Positions 9,706 through 19,231 of a DNA stretch of 64,000 nt are shown piece by piece. The DNA lies in NCBI GenBank assembly GCA_963740355.1, contig CAVUDW010000002.1:1504001-1568000 (forward strand). Direction: 5' to 3'. Positions within the stretch are counted from its first letter, which is position 1, and each line of letters opens with the position of its first letter. Made by a program: the position numbers and the translations under genes. This DNA is from an uncultured Gemmatimonadaceae bacterium (GTDB lineage Bacteria > Gemmatimonadota > Gemmatimonadetes > Gemmatimonadales > Gemmatimonadaceae). The notes below the pieces were generated by a model, which had not been told where the DNA came from, did not search any database, and saw only the letters and a list, made by a program, of their open reading frames with translations.

Positions 9706-11190
9706 ATGACTGACTTCAAGAACTACATCGCGGGCCAGTGGGTTGCCCCCTCGACGGGCGCCTGGTTCGAGAATCGCAATCCCGCCGATACCAGCGACCT
9801 CATCGGGCGCTTTCCGCGCTCCGGCGCGGACGATGTGAACCGGGCTGTCGCCAGCGCCGCAAAGGGCTTCGCCGCCTGGAAGGCGGTGCCGGCTCCCGCG
9901 CGCGGCGACGTGCTCCGCCGGGTGGGCGACCTGTTGACCGGGCGGAAGGAAGAGCTGGCCGACATCATGACCCGCGAGATGGGCAAGCCGCTGGCTGAGA
10001 CGCGGGGCGACGTGCAGGAAGGCATCGACACCGCGTATTACGCCGGCACGATGGGGCGGCAGCTTTTCGGCAAGACCGTGCCCAGTGAGTTGAACAACAA
10101 GTGGGCCATGAGCTTCCGGCGCCCGATCGGCGTCTGTGGCCTGGTGACGCCGTTCAACTTCCCGCTCGCCATCCCGACCTGGAAGAGTTTCCCCGCGCTG
10201 TTGTGCGGCAACTCGGTCATTTTCAAGCCTGCCGAGGACGTGCCGCAGACCGTGGCCGTGTTGGTGGAGATTCTGCTCGAGGCCGGGGTGCATCCGGAAG
10301 CGGTGCAGCTCGTGCACGGGCTTGGCGAGGAAGTCGGCGCGGCGCTGGTCTCGCACCCCGACGTCCCCGTGATCTCCTTCACCGGCTCGACCGCCACCGG
10401 TTCGCTCATTGGCGAGACGTGCGGGCGGATGCACAAGCGTTTGTCGCTCGAGATGGGCGGCAAGAACGCGCAGATCGTACTCGATGACGCCAATCTGGAC
10501 CTCGCACTGGAGGGCGTCCTGTGGGGTGCGTTCGGCACCACCGGGCAGCGCTGCACCGCCACCTCGCGACTGATCCTGCAGGCCGGGATTCACGATCGGT
10601 TTCTCGATCGACTGGTTGCGGCGGCCTCGAAGCTCAAGCTCGGTGACGGCCGCAAGGCGGGCACCGACGTCGGTCCGGTGATCCACGCCGAGTCGCTGGC
10701 GAACGTCGAGAAGTACGTCGAAATCGGCAGCAAGGCAGGCAATTCCCTGGCGACCGGAGGCCAGCGCGCCACCGGCGGGGACCTCGACAAGGGCTTCTTC
10801 TTCCAGCCCACGATCTTCGCCGGCGTCAGGCAGGGCGATCGCCTGGAGCAGGAGGAGATCTTCGGCCCCGTGCTGAGCGTGCTCAAGGTGGCGGATGCGG
10901 ACGAAGCCTTCCGGGTCAACAATGGCGTGAAGTACGGCCTCTCCTCGTCGCTCTACACGAGCGACGTGAACCTTGCCTTCCGCGCGCTGAACGAGTTGGA
11001 CAACGGCATCACCTATGTGAACGCCCCGACCATCGGCGCCGAGGCGCACATGCCGTTCGGTGGTGTGAAGCAGACCGGTAACGGTCATCGCGAAGGCGGG
11101 TGGGAAGTGTATGATTTCTACTCGGAGACCAAGGTCGGCTACATCGATTACTCCGGCCGCCTCCAGCGCGCACAGATCGACAACTACTGA
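9706..11190 (+). CDS. Aldehyde dehydrogenase family protein
   Basis: FTGS, LEMGGKN, catalytic GQRCTA, EEIFGP, PFGGVK. Confidence 0.92.
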   Translation: MTDFKNYIAGQWVAPSTGAWFENRNPADTSDLIGRFPRSGADDVNRAVASAAKGFAAWKAVPAPARGDVLRRVGDLLTGRKEELADIMTREMGKPLAETRGDVQEGIDTAYYAGTMGRQLFGKTVPSELNNKWAMSFRRPIGVCGLVTPFNFPLAIPTWKSFPALLCGNSVIFKPAEDVPQTVAVLVEILLEAGVHPEAVQLVHGLGEEVGAALVSHPDVPVISFTGSTATGSLIGETCGRMHKRLSLEMGGKNAQIVLDDANLDLALEGVLWGAFGTTGQRCTATSRLILQAGIHDRFLDRLVAAASKLKLGDGRKAGTDVGPVIHAESLANVEKYVEIGSKAGNSLATGGQRATGGDLDKGFFFQPTIFAGVRQGDRLEQEEIFGPVLSVLKVADADEAFRVNNGVKYGLSSSLYTSDVNLAFRALNELDNGITYVNAPTIGAEAHMPFGGVKQTGNGHREGGWEVYDFYSETKVGYIDYSGRLQRAQIDNY

Positions 11191-11426
11191 GGCAGTCGCG
11201 CAGGGCGGTGCAGGATTTTGCGCTGCCCTGCGATACTCGGGTGTGTGGGCCGGCGAACGGTTGCGTATCCTCCGCCTGTCTCTCGTCATCGGGGCGAGGG
11301 CTCCGGACGCCTTGCGGCAGATTGCTGCTCGCGCTTGCTTTTTTTCAGGGTGTGCAGGCGAATGCGCGAACTGTTCGCGCCGTCTCCGCATCGTCACCAT
11401 CGCTGGACCAACGTCCGTCGGCCGTC

Positions 11427-12197
11427 ATGGATCTGTCCAATCCAAGTCAGGCACCGCAGCGCGCGATCTCCGAGACGGAGCGTCGCGACGCATTGCGCAG
11501 GGTGAACCGCCGCGGCCTCGCCTGGCTGTGGGAATGGGCGAAGTCGTTCACGATGACCGTGCTCGTCATCATCGTCGTCCGCACCTTCCTCATCGACATC
11601 TTCCGGATCCCGAGCAGCAGCATGGAAGGCACGCTGCTGGTTGGCGACATCCTCTTCGTGAACAAGCTGGCCTACGGTGCCGAGGTGCCGCTGACCGCCA
11701 AGCGGCTGCCACCGATGAAGGCGCCGGCCCGCGGTGAAGTGATCGTGTTCAAGTGGCCGCTCGACCATGCGAAGCCGTTCGTGAAGCGTCTTGTCGGCCT
11801 CCCCGGCGACACGATTGCCATGCGACAGGGGCACCTGCAGGTCAACGGCGTGATGCAGAGCGAGCAGTTCACGCGCCGCATGCCCGGCGTCGCGGAACCG
11901 ATGGCGATGGAGTTCGACTGGCTGCGGCGCGCACTGCTGCCGGCGGCGCACGCGTCACCCGGTGCGCATCCCACGCGCAATACGTGGGGGCCGCTCGTCG
12001 TGCCGGCGCACAGCTTCTTCGTGCTCGGCGACAACCGCGACAATTCGAGCGACAGCCGCTACTGGGGCTTCGTGCCGGATTCGCTGCTGCTCGGACAACC
12101 CTTGTTGGTGTACTACAGCGTAGTGCCGGATTCGGTGGCGCCAGGCTCGTGGCTCTCCCGCGTTCGATGGCATCGCATCGGGGAATGGGTGCGATGA
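11427..12197 (+). CDS. lepB: Signal peptidase I
   Basis: TM helix, then IPSSSMEGTL (Ser), VKRLVGLPGD (Lys) and GDNRDNSSDSRYWG. Confidence 0.9.
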   Translation: MDLSNPSQAPQRAISETERRDALRRVNRRGLAWLWEWAKSFTMTVLVIIVVRTFLIDIFRIPSSSMEGTLLVGDILFVNKLAYGAEVPLTAKRLPPMKAPARGEVIVFKWPLDHAKPFVKRLVGLPGDTIAMRQGHLQVNGVMQSEQFTRRMPGVAEPMAMEFDWLRRALLPAAHASPGAHPTRNTWGPLVVPAHSFFVLGDNRDNSSDSRYWGFVPDSLLLGQPLLVYYSVVPDSVAPGSWLSRVRWHRIGEWVR

Positions 12198-12294
12198 CCG
12201 TGCTGCGCGCAGCATGACGTTGTGAACGACTCGCGTTCGCGTGCAGCCTCCTGTCACGCGCCGCGCCTCCCCGCCGCTGGAAGGAGCTCGTCGC

Positions 12295-13158
12295 ATGTCG
12301 GTGTCGTCCCGTCGGTCCAAGCTTGCGTCGGATGAAGGGTCGCTCGATCAGTACCTGAAGGACATCAGCCGCTATCCGCTGATCAATCGCGAGAAGGAGG
12401 CAGAACTGGCGCGCGCCATCCGCGCGGGCGACCGCGAAGCCCTCGACACGCTGGTCCGTTCCAACCTGCGTTTCGTCGTCTCCGTGGCCAAGAAGTACCA
12501 GAATCAGGGCGTGTCACTCTCCGACCTGATCAACGAGGGCAACCTTGGCCTGATCCGCGCCGCGCAGAAGTTCGACGAGACGAAGGAGATCAAGTTCATC
12601 TCCTATGCCGTCTGGTGGATCCGCCAGGCCATCCTGCAGGCGCTTGCGGAACAGAGCCGCATCGTGCGGGTCCCGCTCAACCGCGCCGGCACGCTGCACC
12701 GCATCGGCAAGCGTGCCAGCGCCATGGTCCAGGAACTGGGCCGTGAAGCCACGCACGACGAGATCGCCAAGGACATGTCGATCTCGCTCGACGAAGTGTC
12801 CCTCACCATGGGCATCGCGCAGGGCCATGTCTCCCTCGACTCCCCCGTGACGCCGGGTGAGGACAATCGGCTCAGCGACTACCTCGCCGATACCGAGCAT
12901 CAGTCGCCCGAGGAGGAGATGTTCGAGAAGGCCATGACCGAGACGGTCGAGGGCGCGCTGCACCGGCTCAAGGAGCGCGAGGCGCGCATCCTGCGCATGT
13001 ACTTCGGGCTGGACGAAGTCGAGCCACTGACCCTCGAGGAGATCGGCTTGAAGCTGGGCATCACCCGCGAGCGTGTCCGACAGATCAAGGAGAAGGCGCT
13101 CAGTCGGCTGCGCCATGTCAGCAACTCGCGCGCGCTCGAAAGCTTTTACGTCTCCTGA
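12295..13158 (+). CDS. RNA polymerase sigma-70 factor, RpoD/RpoS-like, lacking region 1.1
   Basis: YLKDI, NLRFVVSVAKKY, DLINEGNLGL, FISYAVWWIRQAI, TLEEIG..RERVRQI; about 290 aa. Confidence 0.9.
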   Translation: MSVSSRRSKLASDEGSLDQYLKDISRYPLINREKEAELARAIRAGDREALDTLVRSNLRFVVSVAKKYQNQGVSLSDLINEGNLGLIRAAQKFDETKEIKFISYAVWWIRQAILQALAEQSRIVRVPLNRAGTLHRIGKRASAMVQELGREATHDEIAKDMSISLDEVSLTMGIAQGHVSLDSPVTPGEDNRLSDYLADTEHQSPEEEMFEKAMTETVEGALHRLKEREARILRMYFGLDEVEPLTLEEIGLKLGITRERVRQIKEKALSRLRHVSNSRALESFYVS

Positions 13159-13309
13159 CGGAAAAGCGGGGCGAGCCGGCGGTGGGGCGGTTCCAAAGCC
13201 CGATGTGGCAGCGCCGCCTGACCCGCCCGCCTCGCGCCCACGACTGACGTAACTTTCCCGGGTACGGCATTCCTCCGCCGCACCCGGACCACGTCAGAGG
13301 ATCGCACCC

Positions 13310-13810
13310 ATGGCTGATACAAATTCGTTCGACGTCACCACCGGCGTCGACCTGCAGGAAGTGGACAACGCCGTCAATCAGGCGCAGAAGGAGGCCGCCC
13401 AGCGCTACGACTTCAAGGGTGCACTGGTCGAGATCAACTTCAAGCGCGCCGAGTCGAAGATCGAGCTCAAGACCGACAGCGACATGCGCATGGAAGCATT
13501 GCTCGACATGCTCAATGCAAAACTCATCAAGCGCAACGTGCCGGTGAAGAATCTCGACATCGGGGAGGTGAAGCCCATGGGCGGTGACACCCTGATGCGA
13601 ACGATCGGCCTCAAGATGAACCTCGACGGCGACACGGCGAAGAAAGTCGCAGCCGCCATCAAGGCCGCCAAGTTCAAGAAGGTGCAGGCCGCCATCCAGG
13701 GCGAACAGGTGCGCGTGACATCACCCTCGCGCGATGACCTGCAGCAGGCCATCGCTCTGCTGCGAAAGGAAGACTTCGGCGTCGAGCTGCAGTTCGGGAA
13801 TTTCCGATGA
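13310..13810 (+). CDS. yajQ: YajQ family nucleotide/c-di-GMP-binding protein
   Basis: SFDV, EVDNAVNQ, RYDFKG, VQAAIQGEQVRV, RDDLQ, LQFGNFR. Confidence 0.92.
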   Translation: MADTNSFDVTTGVDLQEVDNAVNQAQKEAAQRYDFKGALVEINFKRAESKIELKTDSDMRMEALLDMLNAKLIKRNVPVKNLDIGEVKPMGGDTLMRTIGLKMNLDGDTAKKVAAAIKAAKFKKVQAAIQGEQVRVTSPSRDDLQQAIALLRKEDFGVELQFGNFR

Positions 13811-14784
13811 GCCTCGTCGAGGCGCGTCGCGTCACCGCCGCCGGCATCGCGCGTGCCGCGCAGGGGATCAACCCGGTGTTCCTCAACACACCGGTGGTAC
13901 GACACGACGACCTCGATGCCTGGCTCGGTGCACAGGTCAGCTGCAAGGTGGAATCGCTGGGTCCACTGCGCTCGTTCAAGGGCCGCGGTGGCGACTGGTT
14001 CATCAAACAACGCGCTGCCACCGGTCCGGTCTGCGCGGCATCCGCAGGAAACTTCGGGCAGGCACTCGCCTTCGCTGCGCGCGACGCTGGTGTGCCATGT
14101 ACGATGTTCGCTTCAGTGCATGCCAGCCCGCTCAAGCTGGCTCGGATGCGCGCCCTCGGCGCAACGGTCTTTCAGGCCGGCGAGGATTTCGACGCCGCCA
14201 AGGATGAAGCGCGCAGCTATGCCCAGAAGCATGGGCTCGAGTTCGTCGAGGACGGTCAGGCGCTCGCCATCACCGAAGGGGCAGGTACCATCGCGGTCGA
14301 ACTCGCGAACGCCGTCACCCTCGATACGCTCCTGGTGCCACTCGGCAATGGTGCACTGCTCGCTGGTGTCGCGACCTGGATGCGTACCGTTGCGCCGACC
14401 ACACGGATCATCGGCGTCGTTGCTGAAGGCGCGCCGAGCATGATGCGCGCCTTGACTGGCGTACAAGTCGATCACACCACGCCCGTGAACACCATTGCCG
14501 ACGGCATTGCGGTGCGTGTTCCGGTGAAGGAAGCCATCGATGACTTGCGCGGCCTCACCGATGACTTCGTCGCCGTGGAAGAGGCCGCGATTCTTTCAGC
14601 GATGCGTGGTCTCGTGTCGCACATCGGTCTCGTCGTCGAGCCCGCCGGTGCCGTGGGAATCGCAGCCCTGCTCACAGCAGCGCACGGCACCTACGGAGAA
14701 CGTGTCGGGACGATTCTCTGTGGCGGCAACGTGACGACGGCGCAGATGGATGAGTGGAAGTTGCTCCGCACGGCGATCGGCTGA
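13807..14784 (+). CDS. PLP-dependent threonine/serine dehydratase family enzyme
   Basis: SFKGRG (PLP lysine), ASAGNFGQ, PLGNGALLAG, TIADGIAV, EPAGA. Confidence 0.85.
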   Translation: MSLVEARRVTAAGIARAAQGINPVFLNTPVVRHDDLDAWLGAQVSCKVESLGPLRSFKGRGGDWFIKQRAATGPVCAASAGNFGQALAFAARDAGVPCTMFASVHASPLKLARMRALGATVFQAGEDFDAAKDEARSYAQKHGLEFVEDGQALAITEGAGTIAVELANAVTLDTLLVPLGNGALLAGVATWMRTVAPTTRIIGVVAEGAPSMMRALTGVQVDHTTPVNTIADGIAVRVPVKEAIDDLRGLTDDFVAVEEAAILSAMRGLVSHIGLVVEPAGAVGIAALLTAAHGTYGERVGTILCGGNVTTAQMDEWKLLRTAIG

Positions 14785-14834
14785 AGCCAACAACGTTCCA
14801 GCCGCGACCAGCACCTGCAGGTCGCGGATGGAAC

Positions 14835-15536
14835 TCAGGCTGCGTCGTGAAAGATGATCCCCGTCGCGAAGCGGTGACCGCTCCGGATCCGACTGACACC
14901 GTGCCGCAAGTTGACGCGGTACGCCCCCCGCGTTCCCGTCACCGGACGATGGTGCACCGCGAAGATTGCGGCATCACCTCGCCGCAATGGCACCACCTCG
15001 GCGCGCGACTGCATCCGGGGACGCTGCTCCGTCAGCACGAACTCGCCACCTTCGAAGTCCTGTCCGGGCTCCGAGAGCAGGAACACTACCTGAAAGGGAA
15101 AGACGTGTTCGCCGTACAGGTCCTGGTGCAGCGCATTGAAGTCCTCCGCGCCGTATTTCAGTAGCAAGGGCGTCGGCTTCACCTGGCCGGCGGTGTGGCA
15201 ACGTGCCAGGAACGCGTCGTGGTGCTCAGGAAACGCCACGTCGATGTTCATGGCATTGTTCCACCGCGTCGCGATTGGAGCCAGTCGCAGATAGAGCGCC
15301 TGTCGCAGCGTTGCGATCGTGTCGGGAAGGGGATAGTCGAAGTATTGATACTCTCCTCGGCCAAATCCATGGCGCTGCATCACGACACGACTGCGAAAGT
15401 GCGACGGCTCGTCGTACATCCGCGCCAGCGCGTCGCACTCCCCGGCGGTCAGCATTCCGGGCAGCATCGCCCAGCCATGGGCGTCAAGATGTGCCGCGAT
15501 CTCGGCCCACCGATACCGATCGAGCGGCGCGCTCAC
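14835..15536 (-). CDS. 2OG-Fe(II) oxygenase (DUF2086/prolyl-hydroxylase-like), Ada-associated
   Basis: HxD (LHQDLYG), distal His (LRHGVS), FGRGEY.YF. The GTG start overlaps the ada stop codon. Confidence 0.85.
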   Translation of the reverse strand: MSAPLDRYRWAEIAAHLDAHGWAMLPGMLTAGECDALARMYDEPSHFRSRVVMQRHGFGRGEYQYFDYPLPDTIATLRQALYLRLAPIATRWNNAMNIDVAFPEHHDAFLARCHTAGQVKPTPLLLKYGAEDFNALHQDLYGEHVFPFQVVFLLSEPGQDFEGGEFVLTEQRPRMQSRAEVVPLRRGDAAIFAVHHRPVTGTRGAYRVNLRHGVSRIRSGHRFATGIIFHDAA

Positions 15537-16642
15537 CGGGCACCTTCGCGTTCCAGCAGCGCCGCCTTGCGCTCGATTCCCCAGCGGTATCCCGACAACC
15601 CGCCGCTGGCCCTCACCACGCGATGGCAGGGGATCACAACCGCGATTTCGTTCGCCGCACAGGCGCTCGCAACAGCGCGCACCGCGCTCGGCTGTCCGAT
15701 GGCTTCCGCGATCTCGGTGTAGCTGCGTGTCTCTCCTGGCGCGATCGACGTCAGTGCACGCCACACCCGCTCCTGAAATGCGCTGCCTCGAATGTCGAGT
15801 GGCAGGTCGAGCGCATCGCGTGGCGATTCCACGAAGCCAACGACCTTCGAGACGACCGCCGCGAACGCCGGATCATCGCCCACCAGTGTCGCGGCGCTGA
15901 ATCGCGTCTCGAGCGCCCGCACCAGCAGCTCCGGATCATCGCCGAGGGCAATGGAGCAGATCCCCTTCTCAGTCGCGGCCACGAGAATTGCACCGAGCGA
16001 TGACTGCCCGACGGCGAACCGCACCGTTTCTCCCTCACCGCCACGCCGCGCCTGCGCGGGCGACATCCCCAGCCGTTGAGTGGCGCGCTCGTAGAAGCGA
16101 CTTGGCGAGGAGTACCCCGCGCCGACAATCGCTTCCGAGACTGTGCGTGTGTTACCGAGCGATTCGCGAAGCATTCGTGCACGGGCCCCAGCCGCATACC
16201 CACGCGGTGTAAGACCGGTCGCCTTGCGGAAGATCCGGTGCAGGTGGAACGGGGAGAAGCCGGCGCGATCAGCCAGTATTTGCAACGTCGGGACCGATCC
16301 ATCCTTCGCCAGCGTGTCGTCGATCAGTCGGCAGACCGCGGTCACGACTTCGGCATGCAAGTCGGAGTCGAGCAGATCGGGTCGGCAACGCTTGCAGGGA
16401 CGGAATCCAGCCAGCGTGGCGGCTTCGATCGAATCGTGAAAGGAAACGTTCTCGCGCTTGGCAAGCCGTGCACCACACGACGGCTTGCAGAACACACCCG
16501 TGGTGCGCACCGCGTAATACCACTGCCCATCCTGCGACCGGTCACGCGCCGATATCGCGGCGTACCGCTCGTCGATGAGCGGAAGTGAGGTCGTGGGGTC
16601 AGTGGTCATGCTGGTTCCGGGATACAGACCGATGGCCGTCAT
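15533..16642 (-). CDS. ada: Bifunctional Ada: transcription regulator / O6-methylguanine-DNA methyltransferase
   Basis: Zn site FCKPSC...FRPCKRC, AraC HTH, active site IPCHRVV; AGGAG precedes ATG 16642. Confidence 0.92.
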   Translation of the reverse strand: MTAIGLYPGTSMTTDPTTSLPLIDERYAAISARDRSQDGQWYYAVRTTGVFCKPSCGARLAKRENVSFHDSIEAATLAGFRPCKRCRPDLLDSDLHAEVVTAVCRLIDDTLAKDGSVPTLQILADRAGFSPFHLHRIFRKATGLTPRGYAAGARARMLRESLGNTRTVSEAIVGAGYSSPSRFYERATQRLGMSPAQARRGGEGETVRFAVGQSSLGAILVAATEKGICSIALGDDPELLVRALETRFSAATLVGDDPAFAAVVSKVVGFVESPRDALDLPLDIRGSAFQERVWRALTSIAPGETRSYTEIAEAIGQPSAVRAVASACAANEIAVVIPCHRVVRASGGLSGYRWGIERKAALLEREGAR

Positions 16643-16753
16643 GTCGAGCTCCTGTGCCAGAGAGTAGGCTGATGCCGAATGATCGGCCAGCGGCTCCTGA
16701 CACACACTCCGGTGCTTGCGCTTGAATTTCAGCCCGCGTCGCCGTGCCTCTGG

Positions 16754-17713
16754 TCACGCGTCCGGTGGGGCGGCACGGAGGTTGATCCGCCAGAGGTGAC
16801 GCTGCGTACCGACGGCACCGAAGCGTTCCTCGGTCGCCGCACTCACGTGTCGGAACCCGGCCGCGAACGTGATGAAGCGTGCCGACTTCATCGGATCCCA
16901 CAACTCGAGCTCCACCGCATCGTATCCGGCCCGCCGTGCAAAGTCGATCGACTCGGCAAGCAGCCGACGGCCGATGCCGATTCCGCGCGCCTGCGACTCG
17001 ACGTGCAGCATCCTCACGCGCGCGACCTGGTCACCGGCCTTGTGCACCAGCACGGATCCAATCACGACGCCGTCACGTTCGGCGATCCAGCTGCAGTCTG
17101 TGGTCGAATCGAACTGCTCCGCGAAGTTCGTTGCCGTACGGAGCAGCATCGCCTCATAGGCTGCGTTGTACTCGAACTCTTCCAGCGCCGATGCAATCGT
17201 CCGCTGCGTGATGTAACTGATGTCACCCGCGCGATGCGGGCGAAGCAGCCACGGCGCTGGATCGCGCGCCGGCACCTCGCTGCTGAAGGCGCCCTCGATT
17301 CGCTCCATCGCATCGAGCAACGGCGCATGAATGAAGGTCGGCAAGGTGCGAACGAGCGACGCGTATCTGGCGGTCGTGATCGCCTCGAGCGTCGTCACTT
17401 CCGCACGGCCGGCGGCGGTGAGCGAGAGCGGCTGTTGCCGGCTGTCGGCTGAGTCGGCCGACTTCGACACCACGCCCGTCGTTTCGAGTCGCCGGATCAC
17501 TCGGCTCAGGTACCCGGCATCGAGCCCCAGCGAGCGGCTCAGCGCGGTCACCGTCCGCTGTTCGTATTGGGCCAGCTCGCCCAGCACCCGCACCTCGGTC
17601 GCCGAGTACGAGCTGCCAGCCGGCCCCGCCTCGAGCGATCCGAGCCGTTGGGAGAAGAATCGGGAGAAGCGCCGGAGGGCGGCGATCTTCTGATCCAGCG
17701 GGAGCGTGCTCAT
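16754..17713 (-). CDS. MarR-HTH / GNAT acetyltransferase fusion
   Basis: C-terminal 319 aa of ORF 16754..19045: LRRFSRFF, LGLDAGYLSR, ADSRQ (MarR), then WIAERDG...ARGIGIGRRL (GNAT). Confidence 0.85.
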   Translation of the reverse strand: MSTLPLDQKIAALRRFSRFFSQRLGSLEAGPAGSSYSATEVRVLGELAQYEQRTVTALSRSLGLDAGYLSRVIRRLETTGVVSKSADSADSRQQPLSLTAAGRAEVTTLEAITTARYASLVRTLPTFIHAPLLDAMERIEGAFSSEVPARDPAPWLLRPHRAGDISYITQRTIASALEEFEYNAAYEAMLLRTATNFAEQFDSTTDCSWIAERDGVVIGSVLVHKAGDQVARVRMLHVESQARGIGIGRRLLAESIDFARRAGYDAVELELWDPMKSARFITFAAGFRHVSAATEERFGAVGTQRHLWRINLRAAPPDA

Positions 17714-17833
17714 ACGTATCCGGGAAGGCGAGAAATCCTTGCTGCAGGCACGGGAATATATGCCTCGGGCACGATTCGCGTTCCCGCGACGGCTTTCGCT
17801 TCTCCGGGCCCCCGGGTCCGGTAAGTTCAGCGC

Positions 17834-19231
17834 ATGAAAATCGGCTTCATCACGCTGGGCTGCGACAAGAACACCGTCGACACCGAACGCTATCTGGCAC
17901 AGCTCGCCGCGTATGGCGGCGAGCACACCGACGACCTGGCTGAGGCCGAGGTGATCGTCGTCAATACCTGTGGGTTCATCGACGCCGCGAAGAAGGAGTC
18001 GATCGACGCCATTCTCGAGGCTGCCCGCCACAAGGTGGATGGCGCCTGTCAGGCCGTAGTCGCACTCGGCTGCATGGTCCAGCGCCATAAGGATGAGCTC
18101 GCTGAGTCGATTCCGGAGGTCGACCTGTTCCTTGGCACCACCGATGTCGACCAGCTCATTCCGCAGCTGCAGCTGCGCGGCTTGGTGGATGCGGCGCCGA
18201 TGATCCATCCCGGCGAGCGGATGTTCGGTGGCGGCGAGACACCACACGTGCGGTATCTCAAGGTCAGTGAAGGGTGCGATCACGGCTGCGCGTTCTGCGC
18301 CATTCCACTGATGCGCGGCAAGCATCGCAGCTTCGCACTCGAGGATGTGATACGCGAGGCGCAGTTGCTCGAATTGCAGGGTGCTCGCGAGGTGAACCTC
18401 GTGGCGCAGGATCTTGCGCACTACGGGCGTGATCGTCGCGACGGTACAGCGTTGCCGGAGTTGCTGGAAGCGCTGCTGCGAGAGACCGACATCCCGTGGT
18501 TCCGCAATCTCTATCTCTACAACGCCGGCATCACACCGCGTTTCCTCGAGGTCGTGGCGAACAATCCGAGGATCCTGCCGTATCTCGACATGCCGGTACA
18601 GCATGGCAGCGACTCGGTATTGACCCGGATGCGTCGCCCGGAGCGTCGCAAGACCATCGTCGAGAAGGTGGCGAGATTCCGTGATGCGGTGCCGGATCTC
18701 ACCATTCGCACCACCGTGATCGTCGGCTTTCCCGGCGAGACGCACGAAGATTTCGAGATCCTGCTCGAATTCCTGGAAGAGATGCAGTTCGATCGTGTCG
18801 GGGCTTTCACCTACAGCGCGCAGGATGGCACGGCCGCCGCGGCGATGGTGGATGATGTGCCGGATGAAGTGAAGCATGAGCGGCTCGACATGCTTCAGCG
18901 CATGCAGGCAGGGATCACGGCGGAGCGATATGAGCGTCATATTGGTCGCACTGTGCAAGTGCTGATCGATCGTGCCGGGAGCGACGACGAGTTGGCAGTG
19001 GCGCGGGCACCGTGGCAGGCTGACGACATCGACGGCGTGACGCATCTCGACACCGATGCGCCGGTCGGGTCGCTGGTCGAGGCCACGATCACGGATGTAG
19101 TCGACGACTATGACTTCGAGGCCACCGCCTCTGGCATCATCCTGCTGCCGCCGGCGCTGGTTCAGCGCGAGCGGGCGGCGCGAGTCCTGCCGTTGGTGGC
19201 TTCTTCCTCGATCGGGAGCTTTGGACGATGA
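17834..19231 (+). CDS. rimO: Ribosomal protein S12 methylthiotransferase
   Basis: LGCDKNTVD, NTCGFI.AAK.ESI, radical-SAM EGCDHGCAFC, TRAM-like C-terminus. Confidence 0.93.
   Translation: MKIGFITLGCDKNTVDTERYLAQLAAYGGEHTDDLAEAEVIVVNTCGFIDAAKKESIDAILEAARHKVDGACQAVVALGCMVQRHKDELAESIPEVDLFLGTTDVDQLIPQLQLRGLVDAAPMIHPGERMFGGGETPHVRYLKVSEGCDHGCAFCAIPLMRGKHRSFALEDVIREAQLLELQGAREVNLVAQDLAHYGRDRRDGTALPELLEALLRETDIPWFRNLYLYNAGITPRFLEVVANNPRILPYLDMPVQHGSDSVLTRMRRPERRKTIVEKVARFRDAVPDLTIRTTVIVGFPGETHEDFEILLEFLEEMQFDRVGAFTYSAQDGTAAAAMVDDVPDEVKHERLDMLQRMQAGITAERYERHIGRTVQVLIDRAGSDDELAVARAPWQADDIDGVTHLDTDAPVGSLVEATITDVVDDYDFEATASGIILLPPALVQRERAARVLPLVASSSIGSFGR

Noticed and set aside
13163..13245. GC-rich imperfect stem after the sigma factor gene
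   Set aside because: Pairing is irregular and there is no T tract; cannot be distinguished from chance at this GC content.
17714..19045. N-terminal 440 aa of the 763-aa minus-strand ORF
   Set aside because: Antisense shadow of rimO; only the MarR-GNAT part from 17713 looks real.
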